NCBI GenBank assembly: GCA_030704615.1
Contig: CM060731.1
Coordinates: forward strand, 83,576,001 to 83,640,000
DNA: 64,000 nucleotides
Reading direction: 5' to 3'
Origin: Takakia lepidozioides
Lineage: Eukaryota > Plantae > Bryophyta
Both the position numbers and the translations under genes were made by a program. Below, piece by piece: positions 63,611 through 64,000 of this stretch; the first letter of the stretch is position 1, and every line of letters starts with the position of its first letter. A model generated the notes under the pieces. The model saw only the letters and a list, made by a program, of their open reading frames with translations. It did no database searches and was not told where the DNA came from.

Positions 63611-64000
63611 TTCCCCTTTTTTAGCATAAACCCGGAGAGGAAGAGGAATAACCCGGGGGTGCGAGAATCTGGTTTTACAGGAGGAAGCCCTGTAATTCAT
63701 ATTAATAAAGGATATCCTGGAAAAAATAACTAGGACAGAGGGCCATAAGGCTTACATCATTGAAGATCGGGTATCACCCTGACCGGCCACTAAGGGCAAG
63801 CTTAACTACCATCCTAGAGCCCTGATAGATCAGGAAGCCATGCTCCAGGTTGTTTTAAGAAAAAGAGAACTAATCTAAAGAGACCAAAGCTGGAGCAGCA
63901 GCCTGAACCAAAAAGAAGGGAAGGAGAAGGGCTGAACTACCAACCGCCCCCCCACCACTAACAGCCAAGCAGGCAGGAAAAACAAAGCTCTTCCTAAGAA

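Overview
This is a transposon-dense stretch of a eukaryotic genome. Spliceosomal introns and a PLS-type PPR fragment point to a land plant, probably non-seed (inference). No ordinary host gene is present. The main finding is a family of large Mutator-like (MULE) DNA transposons, seen five times (here called A-E). Copy E is complete: 51348-63038, 9-bp TSD TTTTTCCCC, degenerate ~21-bp TIRs. It carries two divergent genes. One is a transposase (GCM-like Zn domain, DDE core, extra Cys4 domain, SWIM). The other is a multi-exon accessory gene fusing a ParB/Srx-like domain to a prokaryote-type beta-class amino (N4C/N6A) DNA-methyltransferase fold. Every copy carries, mostly in introns and intergenic DNA, arrays of palindromes centred on CG-N4-CG. 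Their arms are subfamily-specific, and their spacing is often close to whole helical turns. This suggests a transposon-borne ParB/parS-like self-marking or anti-silencing system (hypothesis). Separately, a Ty3/gypsy element carries a C5 cytosine-methyltransferase domain between protease and RT. An internally deleted chromovirus has captured a tandemly amplified antisense PPR fragment, and another gypsy element has a dUTPase remnant. There is a 500-N gap at 20976-21475. All domain calls are by-eye motif recognition, not database hits.
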